Source of the DNA: Lama glama | Taxonomy: Eukaryota | Assembly: GCA_028534125.1 (NCBI GenBank) | Contig: CM052816.1 | Coordinates: 15,812,001-15,876,000, forward strand | Direction: 5' to 3' | DNA length: 64,000 nucleotides | Part shown: piece after piece, positions 36,360 to 52,238 of the stretch | Position numbering within the stretch: position 1 is the stretch's first letter | Layout of the letters: every line of letters begins with the position of its first letter | Translations under genes and position numbers: made by a program | The notes under the pieces: generated by a model | What the model saw: the letters and a program-made list of their open reading frames with translations, nothing else | Told to the model about the DNA's origin: nothing | Database searches by the model: none

Positions 36360-38300
36360 CCAGTGTTATTGACTGTACAGCCAAAATACATTTTTAATTT
36401 CTCTCCCTGTCTCCATGTCCAGTTCTAACCAGAGCCGCCACCTTCTCTTGTCTGGAGGTTAAAACCACCATCCTCTGACATCCTCCCCTTCCAGCTCACT
36501 CTATCATGGAGGATGAGTGTCCCTACTCCCAGCTAAGGACTCTCTCCACCTATGCTCAGCTGCTCATCTCAAGGAAAGATTCCATTTTCCCTTCTCTGTC
36601 CTGCACCATCAGTTTCTCCTTTCCTGCTTGGTGGATCCTATTGGCATAGACACATGGTCTAATAAGATTTCAAATAGTCCCTCCTAGACCCCTCCAGCCC
36701 CTGGCTTATTTTAAGATTCCACTCAAAGCCAAAGATAGTGAAAGAATTCTCCACAGCCTCCATTTCCTCACCGCCTATCCTCATCTCCACCCACTCCAGC
36801 CTGGCATTTAGTCCTCGCGAGACCCCACCTAAAGTGCTTTTGTAAAGGTCTCCAATGACCTTGACCATCCAATGATAATGACCCACTGATGGCCATTCCA
36901 ACCCCAATGGTCATTTCTCTGTTGTTGTCATCTTTCTTGACCATATGGAAGCCTTTTAGACAGTTGGCCACTCCCTTCTCCTTGAAACACATTTTTCTCT
37001 TGGCTTCTGGGACACCACACAGTCCCACTTTTCCTCCAATCTCCATGGCTGCATCAAAGCCTCTCCTGCTGCTCTGTTTGACCTCTAAATAACATCACAC
37101 CCCAGGATGAGGCCACCAGCCTGCCTCTCTCCCTAAGGCACTCAGCCAGTCTCATGGCTTTTATTCCATCAGGATGGCAGTGACCTCCTCACCCCATCTC
37201 TCTCTGGCATCCCAGATTTATCCCACTGCCTCCTTGGCAACCCCAAATTCATGACCAGTAGGCATCTCAAACACAATGTGTCAAAAATGGGACTCGAATC
37301 CCAGCTCTCCCACTCACCACAGCCTCCACACACACAGAGGTGTTTCCTTTCCCTCTCAGGAAATAGCACCGCCATCCAGCCAGATGCTGAACCCATCCTT
37401 ATTCCTCTCTTTCCCTGAGCAGCCCCATCAGCAAGTCCTGTCAGACTCACCCTCAACTGGTCTCCCTCATCAGTCCCTTCTCTCCACGTTCACTGCCCTG
37501 TCTGCCCGAGGCACCATCATCTCCCACCTAGCTTCAAACCAGAGCCACTATGGCAACAGTTTTACTGTCCTCCAAAAGTTAAACAGAGAACGACCATATG
37601 ACCCAGCAATCCAATCCTAGGTATACACTCAAAACAATCGAAAACAGGTACTCAAACAAAAACTTATGCTAGGTGAAATATGTTAGACAGAGAAAGACAA
37701 AAACTGTATGATATCACTCCCATGTGAAACCTAAAAAATACAACAAACTAGTGAATAAAACAAAAAAGAAACAGACTCACAGAGAGCAAACTAGTGGTTA
37801 CCAGTGGGGCGAGGGGAAAGGGGAGGGGCAACATGGGGGGAGGGTTATTATGGGATTATATGCAATTATGTGTGTAAACATTTTGAAAACTGTAACTTGC
37901 TAAAGAATTTAAAGACTCTTTCATTCAATAAAATAATAAAAATAAACTGTAAAATAATTAAACATTTATATACCAATATTCATAGCAGCACTGTTCACAA
38001 TAGCCAAAAGGTAGAAACCAGTCTTATTGGTCCCTCTGCCTGGAAGGCTTTGTTCTCCATCTTTCCATGGCTGACTCCTGCTGATCCTCCATGTCTCTTC
38101 CCCAACCCTGCCTCCTCTGAGAGGCCTTCCCTGACCCCAGTCTCACCCCATCACACCCACCTACTTATTCCCTTCACAGACCTATCACTATTTGTAATCA
38201 ATTGTTTACTTATTTATTTTCTAAATCCTCTAACTAGATGGTAGGCACCCTGAGGCAGAAGTTCTCTTTCCTCCTTGTTTATGGACCACAGAAGGTGCTC
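36360..38300. mobile_element. L2 interrupted by an L1M 3' fragment (about 37540-38020), itself interrupted by a younger L1 3' end (about 37665-37950)
   Basis: Pyrimidine-rich L2 motifs on both sides; the L1M text AAACAGGTACTCAAACAAAAAC resumes at CATAGCAGCACTGTTCACAATAGCCAAAAG; the inner element ends AATAAAATAATAAAAATAAA. Confidence 0.72.
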
Positions 38301-40481
38301 AGCTCCTAGAGTCCAAATGCACCTCCTACAGGAAGCCCTCCTGATTCCTCCACTAGAGTGTGCACCTACTCCCTCTGCCAGCCCCTTTACTGGCTCCCTC
38401 TCTGACCAGATCTATTTCTGGGGGCCCTAGCAGGCCCTGCATTCCTGAGATCCCCGTCTTCCATCTGGCACTCAGTCTCTGTTGAAGAGCAGCAGAATGA
38501 GAAGAGCAAGGGAGGGGAGAAAGCACAAAGCAGGGGATGCCACCTCCACAGGGGCCCTTTGGAAAGCTCACAGTAACTGCCACAACCCAGCCCTGGGCCC
38601 AGTGCTTTACAAGTGCTGTCTTCTTAAATTTCCCAGAAGCTTTACAATGGGGAAACTGAGGTTTAGGGAAACAAGTAACTGGCCCCAGGCCACAAGCTGT
38701 CCTGTGGAGAAATGCAAAGGACTCCAACCCAGAATGCTTGCTCCTGATCATTGTGCAATACTACACAGTGAGAAACATGGGTATTCAATGTCTGTGGGCT
38801 ACAAGTGTGAACAATCCTGCCTCACTCACTTCTGATCTATGAAGGTGTTGATGTTTCTCTTGAGCTGCGGGCATTACTGTGGTGCCGTGGGCAGCTAAGG
38901 CCCACCAAGCTGGAGGGTACTCTCCACCCAGATTTCACCGAATGCTGCCCCTGTTAGCAGCTCTCAACCACGGGAAAGGCATCCAGGGCTTGGCACAGCA
39001 GTGACTGGGTCCTGAGATGGGCCTCAGCCCTACCAAGCATGGGGATGGGGAGAGAAGGGGTACTTAACGTTCCTTTTAAGGTCTGCTAGCAACACCTGCT
39101 CTCTGTAAACAGTGAGCAGTCTCTGATGAACATCAGCCTGTTAGTGGGTACTAGCTCTGGTGACATTCCCGTGGAATACACGTCTTCTCTCCTATTCCAC
39201 ACTCAGGCTGATGGCCCAGGTGGACATAACCGAAGTTGTCACACAACTCCTCTTTGTGCTGAGGTCACCGAGGACCCTCCCTCCCCAGGCCAGGTGCCCC
39301 AGTGTGCCCACGCCTGCTCAGGCTGCTGTCACATCCTTCATCCTCCAGGGCCTGGGCCTTCGGACTCACCATCATTTAGATTTTAATATTAGCAATGAAT
39401 AATATTAATATTATTACATAATAATATTCATAATAAGATCCTTACTCATTGCCAGACCCTGACACTTGGGGATACCTCTCTCAGTCCTCCCCAGGGTGCT
39501 AAGAAGGAAATCATTATTCCCACCGCACAGATGTAGAACCTGAGACCCAGAGAAGCGAGTGTCTTGCCCACGGCCACAGAGGTACCACCTGGAGGCAAGA
39601 GTAGGAACTGAAGTTGAGCCTGTCCCAGCTCTTTTTTCCACCATATATGCCCTGGACTTTCCTGGTTAACTCCTGAAGTAGATGTGTGTCCTGTTGTCCC
39701 CATGAGTCACTGAAACATCCCCAACCCAACAGAGGGGCTCTGACCACCCGTGGGTGAGCAATGAGGGGGCAGTGATCAGTGGGGCCAGATAGGGTGATGG
39801 GGGACACAGAAGGAGATATGAGATGGGGTTCTAGGCTCACAGGGCATGCACACCACCAGCTACACTTACCACCTGAGGGAGGGCAAGAGAGCCCAGTGAG
39901 GGGGTCCCCGGAGCAGACAGAGGAAAGAAGAAGGAGGTATTGAGCCACAAGCAGCACTGAGATGCTCACTATACCCACTAACGGGCTGCCTAGGGCACGG
40001 ACCAGACACAGGTTCACAGCACGGGGCACCCACCTGTTGCTTCTCTGTTTGCCTAGTCGGGGTAGGGGTAACAAGAATGCCTCTTGAGGGCAACCTACCA
40101 TGTGACCAGAAGGGGCTGCCTGGGGCATGGCACTTCAACAGGGCTGCACTGGGGCTTAGAGCACAAGGGGTAGGAAGAGCATGTGATCTTTTAGCCTGGC
40201 ACAGACATGGCTAGGGGCACACATCTTATTTAGCACATCCTAAATTCCTGTGTGTTTCAGCTCTTCTTACTGCCCTGTTTGGGCACAGGGCCAGACAGAT
40301 CTCAGGTGGATAAAACTAGGGTGGGACCAAGTCTAGAAGCCAAGTTGTCCAACTCCCAGGTCTGCTAAAGAAACATGGGCCAGTGAGCAGGAGGTCCCAG
40401 GAAGGGGGCTGGAGAAAGGGCCAGCTCTTGGATAACTCAGGATGGGTCAGTGAGAGGACACACCCTCTCACTGCTCCCTCA

Positions 40482-40586
<105 letters not shown>

Positions 40587-41160
40587 CTATTTCCAACCCC
40601 AGCCATCCACCTGGCTTCTGACAGAGCCAGCCTAGAGGCCTTGCAGACAGGAAGAGACCAGTCACCTACAAACCTCGGGGCCCAGGGCCTGCGTGATGCT
40701 CCTTGCCTCAGCCCCACTATAGCATCAGGGTCACTCGCCTGCCTCAGGTCAGGATAAACCCTCCCCTTAGAGGGGACCTGACCACCCTGGACCTGCTCTA
40801 GGGCAGATTTCTGCCTCCTGTGGCCAAACTCACCTTGAGCCTTAGACCCAGGAAAGGCCCTGGGTGCCAGGCTATGTCTCCTTCATGGCCTGTGTTTCCT
40901 CTAATAACCTGCCTAGTGCCCCAGTTCTTGGGACTCAGGTCCACCCATAGGGCAAGTCCTGCACTTAAGAGGGCCCCAACCCAGACCTCCACCCCAGGAC
41001 TCCCATTGCACCAACAATCAACACTGTGACAGGGGACCCCTAGAGAAGGAGGACCCAAAGGGCTGAATCTAGGATAGAGGACCTTCAGGCACAGGGAACA
41101 ATGGGCAGGAGAACTGTCCCTTGTCCAGCAGACAGTCCCCATTCCACGTGTCATAGTTCA

Positions 41161-41436
<276 letters not shown>

Positions 41437-43199
41437 TCACCTGGGATAGGAGCCCCCCTAGCACACACACACACCACACAAACCTGCCCAAGGGGGCCAA
41501 GCCCCAGGGCCCAGCCTTTGGGCCCAGGGAGGCACCTTGGCCCCCATGATGGCCTCTGAGTGTGGAGTTTCAGCACTCCTTACCCTGCAGGGCCCTTCTG
41601 GAAGTAGGCAGGGGACAGATTGTAAAGAACAGAGACAGGCGAACAGCTCAGTGACAGAACCAGCTCCACTCCTCGCTCCCCCTCCACGCTGGGTCCAGAC
41701 CATCCACACCTGCTCCTCAGACTGCTCTCCCTCAGTCATTCCTCACTCGGTGCACTACCAGCTGAGCCCCAGGCCCACCCCAGCCTCCCTCACTTCCCCC
41801 ACCCTAAGTCTGAGTGGTCACCAAGTCCCCATGGTTTATTCTTCACCCCCAATCTCAATCCCTCCTCCTCCTCTGCCCTCATCACATGCCCAGGACACCT
41901 GCAACAGCCTCCAGACAGGTGAACCCCATGCACCTCCCCGACACATTCTCCCTGTGGACACTGAGCACTCTTTCTAAACACTCATGCAGTCAGGACTCGC
42001 CACTGCCTAAAACCCGTCACTGGCTCCCCAGAGCCTCAGAATAACATCCAAGCTCCTTGCGTCCTGACCTTCCTGACCACCCTACCTCCCTCCTATCCCT
42101 CCTACCTCACACCCACCTGCTGCCTCCCCACACTGACTTCACACCCTGGACAGGACAGGCCCTGTCACTGCCTCTGAGCAGGCTGGGCCCCACCTGGAAG
42201 GACAGTCCCTCCTCTGCTGGGCAGCTCTGAAACCGTCTCAAGGCCCAATTCAAAGGCCAACAGCTCTCAGGGGTCCCTGGCAGAGGAGACCAAAACCAGA
42301 GGGGCTGGGAGATGGGGCTGAGGTCCCTCACCTGGGGCCTAGACACAACCCTTACTGGGAAGGGAAAGTACAAGCTGAGACAGTTTGGACCTCTGTCTGT
42401 CCTAGGTTCATGAGACTGGTTTGATCCTAATTTTGCCATGGTTCACTTGGCTCCTGTAATGCCCACATGGCTTTATCCTCTCTCATGCTACCTCTAAGGC
42501 ACCCTGGGACCTGCGAGCTGCACTGTGGCCAGCCTTTACCCTCAGAGGCTTCCCAAGACATCCAAAACTGCAGACTACTCTCTAATACAGTCCTAACCAA
42601 TCACTGCTGTACAAAAACACTCCATCTGCCATCTACGTTTCCTCCTTTCCCTGTCTCTCCTGTGCCCTCTTTTCTTCCCCACATCTGGCCCCTCCCTCTG
42701 CTCCTCACACTCCATTGGACTTTCCAAAACCCATCCCCCATCCCAACCTTAACCTGTCCTGCCTAGGAGCCATCCAGCCCACCTGCTACTTCCCAGACCA
42801 GACACTCCATCCCCGGGGGTCTTCACCAAGCCAACCAAACCCTCAGGCTGCCCCCAGGATCAGCTTTGCTACTGCCCACACTCTCCCCGGCCTCGTGGCA
42901 CCACCAGCTCTTCTATTCTTTCCTCTGTGCTTCTCACACCAATCCTTCCTCCAGCCCCACTGCAAACTTCAGGCCCGTCTTCTCCCACCTGATCCTCTTC
43001 AGAAGCCCGCACACCTCTGGATCAAAGCAACCAGCACACCAAACACTGCTTTGCAGCCAGCACCTTCTGAGGCCCCTCAGAGCCTATGCAGGCAAGCCTC
43101 AATCTGTTAGGCTGGATATACAAGGCCCTCCAGCCCAGCACCCTTGCCTCTGCTTGTGAGCCGACCTACCAAGCACCTTCCCCACCCAATCATCTGGTG

Positions 43200-44340
43200 T
43201 GAACTTCAGACTCAGCTTGGAATAGGGTAGCTTGCAGCCGACCAACACTTCCACTGAGAACAATGAGAAAAGCCATAGAGAATACATCTCTCTTAAGCTA
43301 TCAGAAAACTGCTGCACAACAAACACCAACAGGACCAAGGATCTGGAGAGAAAAGAAGTGAGGAGAGGTAGGCTGATCTGCAGCTGCTTCCTCCCTGGGG
43401 GCGTTGCTGACCGTGGGCACAGGCAAGAGGCAGAACATTTAGTGGTTTCACGGAGCTGAAGAGACAAACCGGGAGACTTGAGGGGCTGTAAACATGGCCA
43501 GTTTTCCCTGTGAGATATCTGCCAAAATATGAAGATGTAAGGGGCAAGACGCTAAAAAGCTAAGCAGAAAGCCTCTCTGAGAAGTAGAGGGATTGGCTTT
43601 TTTGACAGTCTTGCAGCAATGAGGAGACAAAATTAGGATTCAGGACCCACCAACGGAAGACACCCCAGTGCACACACCGGGCTTCCAGTGGACAGCCCGG
43701 CGGCCTTTGCCCTGCGATTGGGGTGAACCCCAAGCTTTATCAAACTTCAGGGCAGTCTCTCCTTGGCTCAGCTCTGGAAGGATTAGGGCTGTACCCCCTG
43801 CCCTCCTCTAACTACATAGCAAAGGACAAGGTAAACCCTCTCTGGAGGAACATATAATGAACTATAGATCTGTAATTCTACACAAAATGTATAGCATCTA
43901 ACAAAAAATTACTAAGCACACAGAGAGACAGGATATATGACAGAAAACCAAGAGAAAAATGACAGAAACAGAGACAGATGTTTCAGATGATGCACATATC
44001 AGGGTGTGTAGACAAGGACTTTCAAATAACTACGACTAATTTGTTCAAGAGAAGAGAGGGAAAGATGGAGAAAATAAGTGGAAATAAGTGAAAAGATGAG
44101 GAACTCCCCCTCCAAGAGAATTCAAACCTACAAAAAATTGTTTAATAAAATGAAAATTCTAGATCTGAAAAATAAAATAATAGAAAGTTGAAACTCAATA
44201 AATGGGTTTAATGGCATATTAGAGAAACAGTAAGTAAATTGGTCAACAGAAAATAACCCGACTGAAGCAGAGAAAAAAAGGATGGAAAATACATTTTTTA
44301 AACTACGAGAGACACATGGGAGATGAAGAGATGTAATGTA
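43200..44340 (+). mobile_element. Old L1 5'/ORF1-region remnant
   Basis: A-rich ORF1-like text (GACAAGGACTTTCAAATAACT...AAACTCAATAAATGGGTTTAATGGCA). Confidence 0.55.
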
Positions 44341-44849
44341 CATGGGCCACCCACCCCTCAGCTCAGAGACTGCCGCCCCTCCCTGCCAGCGCTCTGGCCT
44401 GGGGTCTCCCAGGGGGCTCTGCCAATGGGGTCCACCAGACACCGAGCTGTCTCCTCCCATTCCACGCCCTCCGCTACCTGGGGTGTGTACTCCCCAGGTC
44501 CAAACACCAACAGGGCCTGAGGTCAAATTCCACTTTGACCATCTCCTCCCTCAAGGACTATGGAGAACTGGCCCATGTTTCTTCATTTGTAAATGGTAGA
44601 TGCCTACCTTACAGAGGTGTTGCTACAATGCGCTCCGCAATTATGTAAAGACCTACAGCCTCTGGCAAACAGGAAGTGCTCAGTACAGGCAAGACCTTTG
44701 GACCTTTCCTCTCCTGCATTCCCACCTCCCTATCCTCAGCACCCCACCACCACCCACCACGTAGCAGGCACTCACTGAGTCACTGGACTGCTGCTGTTCT
44801 CATGGCCCCTTCCCAAGAGCCTCCCCAGAGAGGTCAAGAGACTTGCCTA

Positions 44850-45197
<348 letters not shown>

Positions 45198-46019
45198 TCA
45201 GGATGGCTTCCTAGAGGAAGTGATGTCTCATCCAATACCTACAGGAAAGTAAGAGCCAGCCAGGTGAAGGGAGCAGGGGGTAGGGTGATAGAAAGTGTCC
45301 CCAGTAGAGGAAACTCCATAATATGTCCAAGAAGCTACCAGCAGGGCCATGTGGCCAGAGCCAGAGAGCAGGAATAGGAGCAGCAAGAGACGAGGCAGGG
45401 AGGGAACCAGGTCTGAGGGCCAAGGGAAGGATGAGGACTTGATTTGGAAGGGTGTGAAGCAGGGAGAGGGTGACTGAGATGGTCAGATCTGCATCTGGAA
45501 CACTACCTGCAGAGTGGAGACCCACTGTAGGGGCTGCAGGAGCTGTCCACAAGAAATGGAAGGGGTGGGGAGGAAGGAGATTTCGGAGGCAGAATCCACA
45601 GGACATGGAGATGGGTGGAGTGGGTAGAGGACATGAAGAGAGGGCGGCCCCTGGAGGCGATGTCCGAAGCCAGGAGAACAGGTGAGGCTGGATGCACCCC
45701 CGTGAGGGTCGTCAGCCCCTCACTGATTACTAACAACTCAGTGGGAAGGGGGACAAGCCTGTGTGAGAAGAGGGGACACAGAGCAGCCAGAAGAGCCAGC
45801 TTGGAGAAGCGAGGAGAGCCCCTCTCAGGGTGGGCTGAGGAGAAGCGAGCCAGTGAAGGAGACAGAAATAGCAGCCAGAGAGGTATGGGTGTGGTGTCCG
45901 GAGGCCAAGGAAGAGGGTGTTTCAAGACTGGAGTGATGAATTCTTGCTGAAAAAGAAAACAAATTTCCACCTGAACCCAATCAAGCCGGCAGCTTTCCCT
46001 CCCGTTTATAGGAACGTGT

Positions 46020-46550
46020 AAAATGAGGATATGAAATCCAAAATGTGGAAAGTTCTTCCAGACAAATGGGTCCATTTCTTCAACAAATACAAGGCATTAA
46101 AAAAAAGGAAGGGGACTGTCAACTGCAGTTGACTGAAAGAGACTTAAGAGACATATTGGCCAAATGTAATGCACGTATCTTGTTTGCATCCTGATTTGAA
46201 CAAACATTTTTGAGAGAATCAGAGAAAATTAAACATAGACTAAATGTTAGAGATAATAAGGAATTTCTGTTAACTTTGTCAGAAATTATAATGGAATTAT
46301 TATAAGTAAAAAAAATCCTTGTCAGTTAGAGACACATACTAAATATTTATGGATCATATGATAGACCATCTGAAATATGCTTTAAAATATTCTAGCAAAT
46401 GTGAGGGGAAGCTGTGGAGGGAATAGATGAAACAAGAATAGAAAAATGTTGATAACTTTGAAGGTGAGTAATGGGTACATGGAGGTTTAAGATGTGAGTT
46501 TCCTTGCTTTCGTGTATGCTTCAAATTTTCATAATAAAAAGTTTAATTAA
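46020..46550 (+). mobile_element. L1MC/ME-like 3' end
   Basis: AAAGAGACTTAAGAGACAT...AAATGTAATGC...GCTTCAAATTTTCATAATAAAAAGTT. Confidence 0.7.
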
Positions 46551-47883
46551 AGAAGAAGAAAGCAGTGGCAAATGTGTCAAAGCTGTCGTAGGGAGAAAGG
46601 TCAGGCTTGGTAGCAGCCACCGGATTCGAAGACACCAGGCTACTACTGACCCTGAAAATAAGGGCTTTCGAAAGACAGGAGGCTGGGGGCCAAAGCCAGC
46701 CTGGAGGCACCGAATGTGCAAAAGGGGAGTGGACAGAGGCCACCCAGGGCAGAAAACAGAATTTTGGCTGTGAAGAGCCTGGGGGAGGAAACATATTTGA
46801 AGAAGGATTTTTGTTTCAGATAGAAGAGACAAGCACAATTAAATGCTGATGGGAAAACTTTCATAGATTTCGGAGGCAGAATCCTCCGAACATGATCCTC
46901 CAGGACATGGATCCACATATGGATTCCACAGAATCCACAGGTTCAAAGTGGTTGAAGAGACAGGGCAGGGTGGGGATCAAGTACTGAAGCCTCCTGGAGG
47001 ATGTCATTGGGTTTGGGGGCAACAGGCCAGTGGAAGAGGTGAGGGTATCAGAGATGTGATTCTCAGGAGGCCTGGGGCAGGAATGCTGTGGAGGAGGTGG
47101 GAAGGAGGGATAAGAGGGGGGTGCTCAGGGACCTCCCTGTGGCCTAAGCCCCCAGTGAGCTCCGACTTGGGGTGTAGGGTCCGGACTGCCTCTCTTAGCC
47201 GGCCAGCTCTCTGAGGAGGCCCGGGCCACTTCTGCGCATCTCAATGTCTTATGTGGGTGTTGGGGGCACCCTGGATGGCAAGGCATGAAGGGCAAGGCAG
47301 GTGGATGGACGTGCTGGTGGTCAGACCTGCTCAGGACAGGCTGGCTGGCTGATGTCCTCAGTGTCACAGTTCCTGCCTGTCCCCACCCCTCAGGACTCTT
47401 GTCTGTTCCCCTACCCTCAGTCCCAAGGCCAGGGCTTGTACTTACTCCTCCGTCCCTTCAACTGGTCCCAAGAGACAGTGAGTAGGGCTTAATGAGGCCA
47501 GGATCCCCTTCCCCAGCTCCTGGGTCCCAGGTTTCCCAGTCCAGGCCCAGGTTCTCCTCCCTCCCTGGCCCCATTAGGGGGGCCACTAACCCCTACCCGA
47601 CTGCTCTGTCCTCACTACCTTCCACCAAGGCCCCATAACCACACATCACATCCCACTCCCCAGCCCCGAGGAGCTGCCCCGCCACCACCTCCCCTCCCTG
47701 AGAGCGTGGGCCCTCATCCAGGCAACCCAGAAAGGAAACAGATTTAGGACAAGGCTTGGAATGAGGACAGTGGCAGGAGGAGGATCTCCCAGCACCAGGC
47801 ACCCTGAGAGAAGTCACCCACACCCCTTTCAGGACAAGGAGGACACCAGGTCTGCCTGGGGTGGGGGGCAGAGATAGAACTCA

Positions 47884-48207
<324 letters not shown>

Positions 48208-48466
48208 TCAAGTCAGACTTTTAGAAAAGCCCTCAAAGGAGATCATTAGATGCTCAGGTCCCTGACCCTGTCTAGGCTGGAAAGGCCTGGAAGAGCAGAA
48301 TAAAACCTCAGGATGGGAGTGGAAAGTCTGGGTGCAGAGGGTGGGCACGATGACCTCGCGGAGGGCTGTTCAGTCTGGACCTGGGGTTGCCCTAACTTGC
48401 TTGGCCTACTCTGGGTCTCAGTTTCCCCATCTGCTCAATGGTGCTCCCACCCTGGGCCCTGCCTCA

Positions 48467-48940
<474 letters not shown>

Positions 48941-50049
48941 TCACCATCCTGCCAGGTGTCCCCCTTACAGGTGCTAGGACAGCACCAATCTATGTCTGTG
49001 AGCTCCCCGGGGGCGGGGAGCAGGCACCGATGGTGTCCTGTTTATCCTTTCAACCAACACGTACTGAGCACTAGGTACCAGATGCTGGGCTGGCTACTGG
49101 GGAACAGCAGTGAAAGGACAGGCACGGTGCCACCTTCTGTGGCCCCCCATGCATGGCCCACAGTAGGCATCATTCATCTAACTGAATGAATATGAGACCC
49201 TGGCCCCAGGAAGGTGGCTGGTGGGGAGAGGGTGGAGGGCTGCTCCCTCCAGGCTCCCCTGTCACAGCTCATAGTTTTCCTCTCCCCACAGCCTGGATGA
49301 TTCTTAGCTTATGCTGCCCACATTCCAGCTCTCAGGCCTTGCCTTAATGTCCCCTCCTCAGAGAAACAGAGGGAGGAAGACCCACACCACCCCTCACACT
49401 AGCTCCTCATTAGTGTCCATCCTCAGGGTACCTCTTCATCTCCTCCCAGCCCCTCTCAGCATGTAATTTTCTGTTTGTTCCCATTTACACCTGTTTCCCA
49501 GCCCCCACCAAGTCCCTACACCAAGGCCAGGGAGCACCTGGCATATAGTAGGTCCTCTAAACCTTGCTGAATGGTGCACTGGGTGGCAGCCCCACAGCCC
49601 AGTACTCTGCCTGAGCAGAGCTCAGCTGTCACTCTCAACCGTGAGGCTCAGCACATCAAGGGCCCTGTGCTGCCCCGGAGGAGGCCTTTGTGCCAGTGGT
49701 TCCCTCTGCCCAAAGTGCTCTCCCCTCAAGCTAAAGCCCTCTCTCACATCCTTTTCTTGCCCTGACCACCATAATTATAATGGACCTGCCCCCAAACACC
49801 TCAGCCCCTTTCTCTAACTTTATTTTTTCCCAAGGTGCTTGTCCCCTTCCAACATACTATATAATTACCTATCATTTTTATGATTTATTATCTGTCTCCC
49901 CACTAGACCATAAGCCGCATGAAAGTAGGGGTTTTGTCTATTCTGTTCACTGATGGATCCCCAGTACCTGGAATAGAGCATCACACATTGACAAACCAAG
50001 GCCTCTTATCCACTGGGGAGATGCAGAAGTAAGCAGGAAAATCAGGCAA

Positions 50050-50235
50050 GAAAGAGGAGAGAGACTAAAAGAGACAAAAATAGAGACCAGGGGGCAGAGA
50101 GAGAGAGATGAAGAGAAATAGGAGATAAGAGACAGAAAAGAGATACAGAGAGCACGAGAAACAGAGACAGAATAAGAGAGATAAAGAGAGACGAAACACA
50201 GAGACAGCAAGAGGAAGAGACACAGGAAAAGAAAG
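50050..50235. repeat. GA-rich low-complexity tract
   Basis: Direct reading. Confidence 0.85.
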
Positions 50236-51818
50236 CAGCAGGCTGAGCCGGACCCCCTTCAGATAGTCAAGGCTCACCATGTGCAAGGAAGCGGACCCCT
50301 CAGTCCTCCTGAGGGTCTGGCTAGGCTCTGCTTATCCCCCAGCCCCCAGGGCTTAGCAAAGGTGAGCCATATTTGGAGGAGTGGGAAGTGTCCCTCGCCA
50401 TCAAGCACCTCCTTGGACCCCCTAGTGCCTAAGATTTAATCCCAGTGTGCTTCCTGGAGAAAACCTGAGCTGAGAGAGAAAAGCTGAGGCACTTCCCATC
50501 CCAATCTCATCAGGAGCTGAGACGGTGGCCTCATCTGAAGAAGGAAGTGGGGAGAGGGCAGAAACCCAAAAGGTGGTAGGATGCTCAGCAGGAAGCTGGG
50601 GCAGAAGTTACCTCTACTGACCTCCAGGAGGAGGGGAGGGAAGACAAGACTCACTGCTCTGGTTGCCAGAGCAGACACCTGAAACCTGCCCAGCAGCTCT
50701 CTCCAGGACCTGCACTGGGTCCTGGAGCAAGAAGACAGAGTCCTGCCCTTGGGGGTTGCCATCTCATTGTCAGAACCACAAATGGTTCCCCCTACCATCA
50801 CATCTCCCACCCTCTCATGCACCCGAGCAGATGGGAGGTAGTTTTGACAGGGGCTTGAAGACCATCAGTCCAATCTCAAAACTTCCATCTGCCCCCACCT
50901 TCAGCCATCCTCCAAAAACATGCCACCTAAATACAAATAGTGTGCTCCATGAAACCCCAGCCCCCTGTCCACACCCCACTAGGTCCTGCTCAAATGGAAA
51001 CCCGCTTATGGCCATGGCACACCCGGTACATATGAACCCACATACTCACACTCCTGTCCTCAGAGACCTAGGCACTCAACCCTACACATCCACATAGAGA
51101 CCCAAATGCACACCCCAGATGCATGGGCCAGGCACACACCTGCATGCCCTCAGCACACATACTCTCACATCTCCTGCACCTTTGCCTTTCCAGCAGTGAA
51201 CACTAAGACTTCTATTCACTTTCTTTTCTCAGCCCACCCTGGGGGCTTCTAGACATTCTCCTGCCTCATCCCTACCCTCCTTGTCTAACTGGTACCTCTA
51301 AGATGCCGGGCCTCTCCACCTCCAGCTTTGAATAATAAAAATGGGGTTGTTAACTCCAGCAAGGAGGACTCACTCCAACAAGTAGGAGTTCCTGGTCAAA
51401 CTCCTGAATGGCCCTCAGTGAGGAGTAGCCAACAGAGATTAATCCACAAAGCCTCCTCTCTTGGGGTCAGTTGCAGAATTGGCAGATTCTCATCTCCAGG
51501 AAGCAGAGGGAAGGACCAGCTGACCTCCCACATCAAGGCATTTTGGAACTCCAATGGCCACTCTCTCTAATAGAGGGAGTGCGGCCCTCCAACCCCACAT
51601 AGAAACAGCCCATGATGGTTTGGGGGCGCTGAAGGTGGGCACACAACAGGCCTACTGGCCTTTGAAATCTCTCTTATGGCTCTATCTTCCCAAAACAGGG
51701 ACATAAAATTCCCATTTTAAGGAAGAGAAAACAAGAACCAAAGAGGCTAAGTGGCTAGGCCCAGGCCATTGCAGCATTGGAACAAATGTGGTGAGCCCCA
51801 TCCCGAGACACCCACTTA

Positions 51819-52238
<420 letters not shown>

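Noticed and set aside
50367..50376. CArG box CCATATTTGG, and CCTTATATAGG near 27084
   Set aside because: One isolated 10-mer; the second has seven A/T bases and is non-canonical
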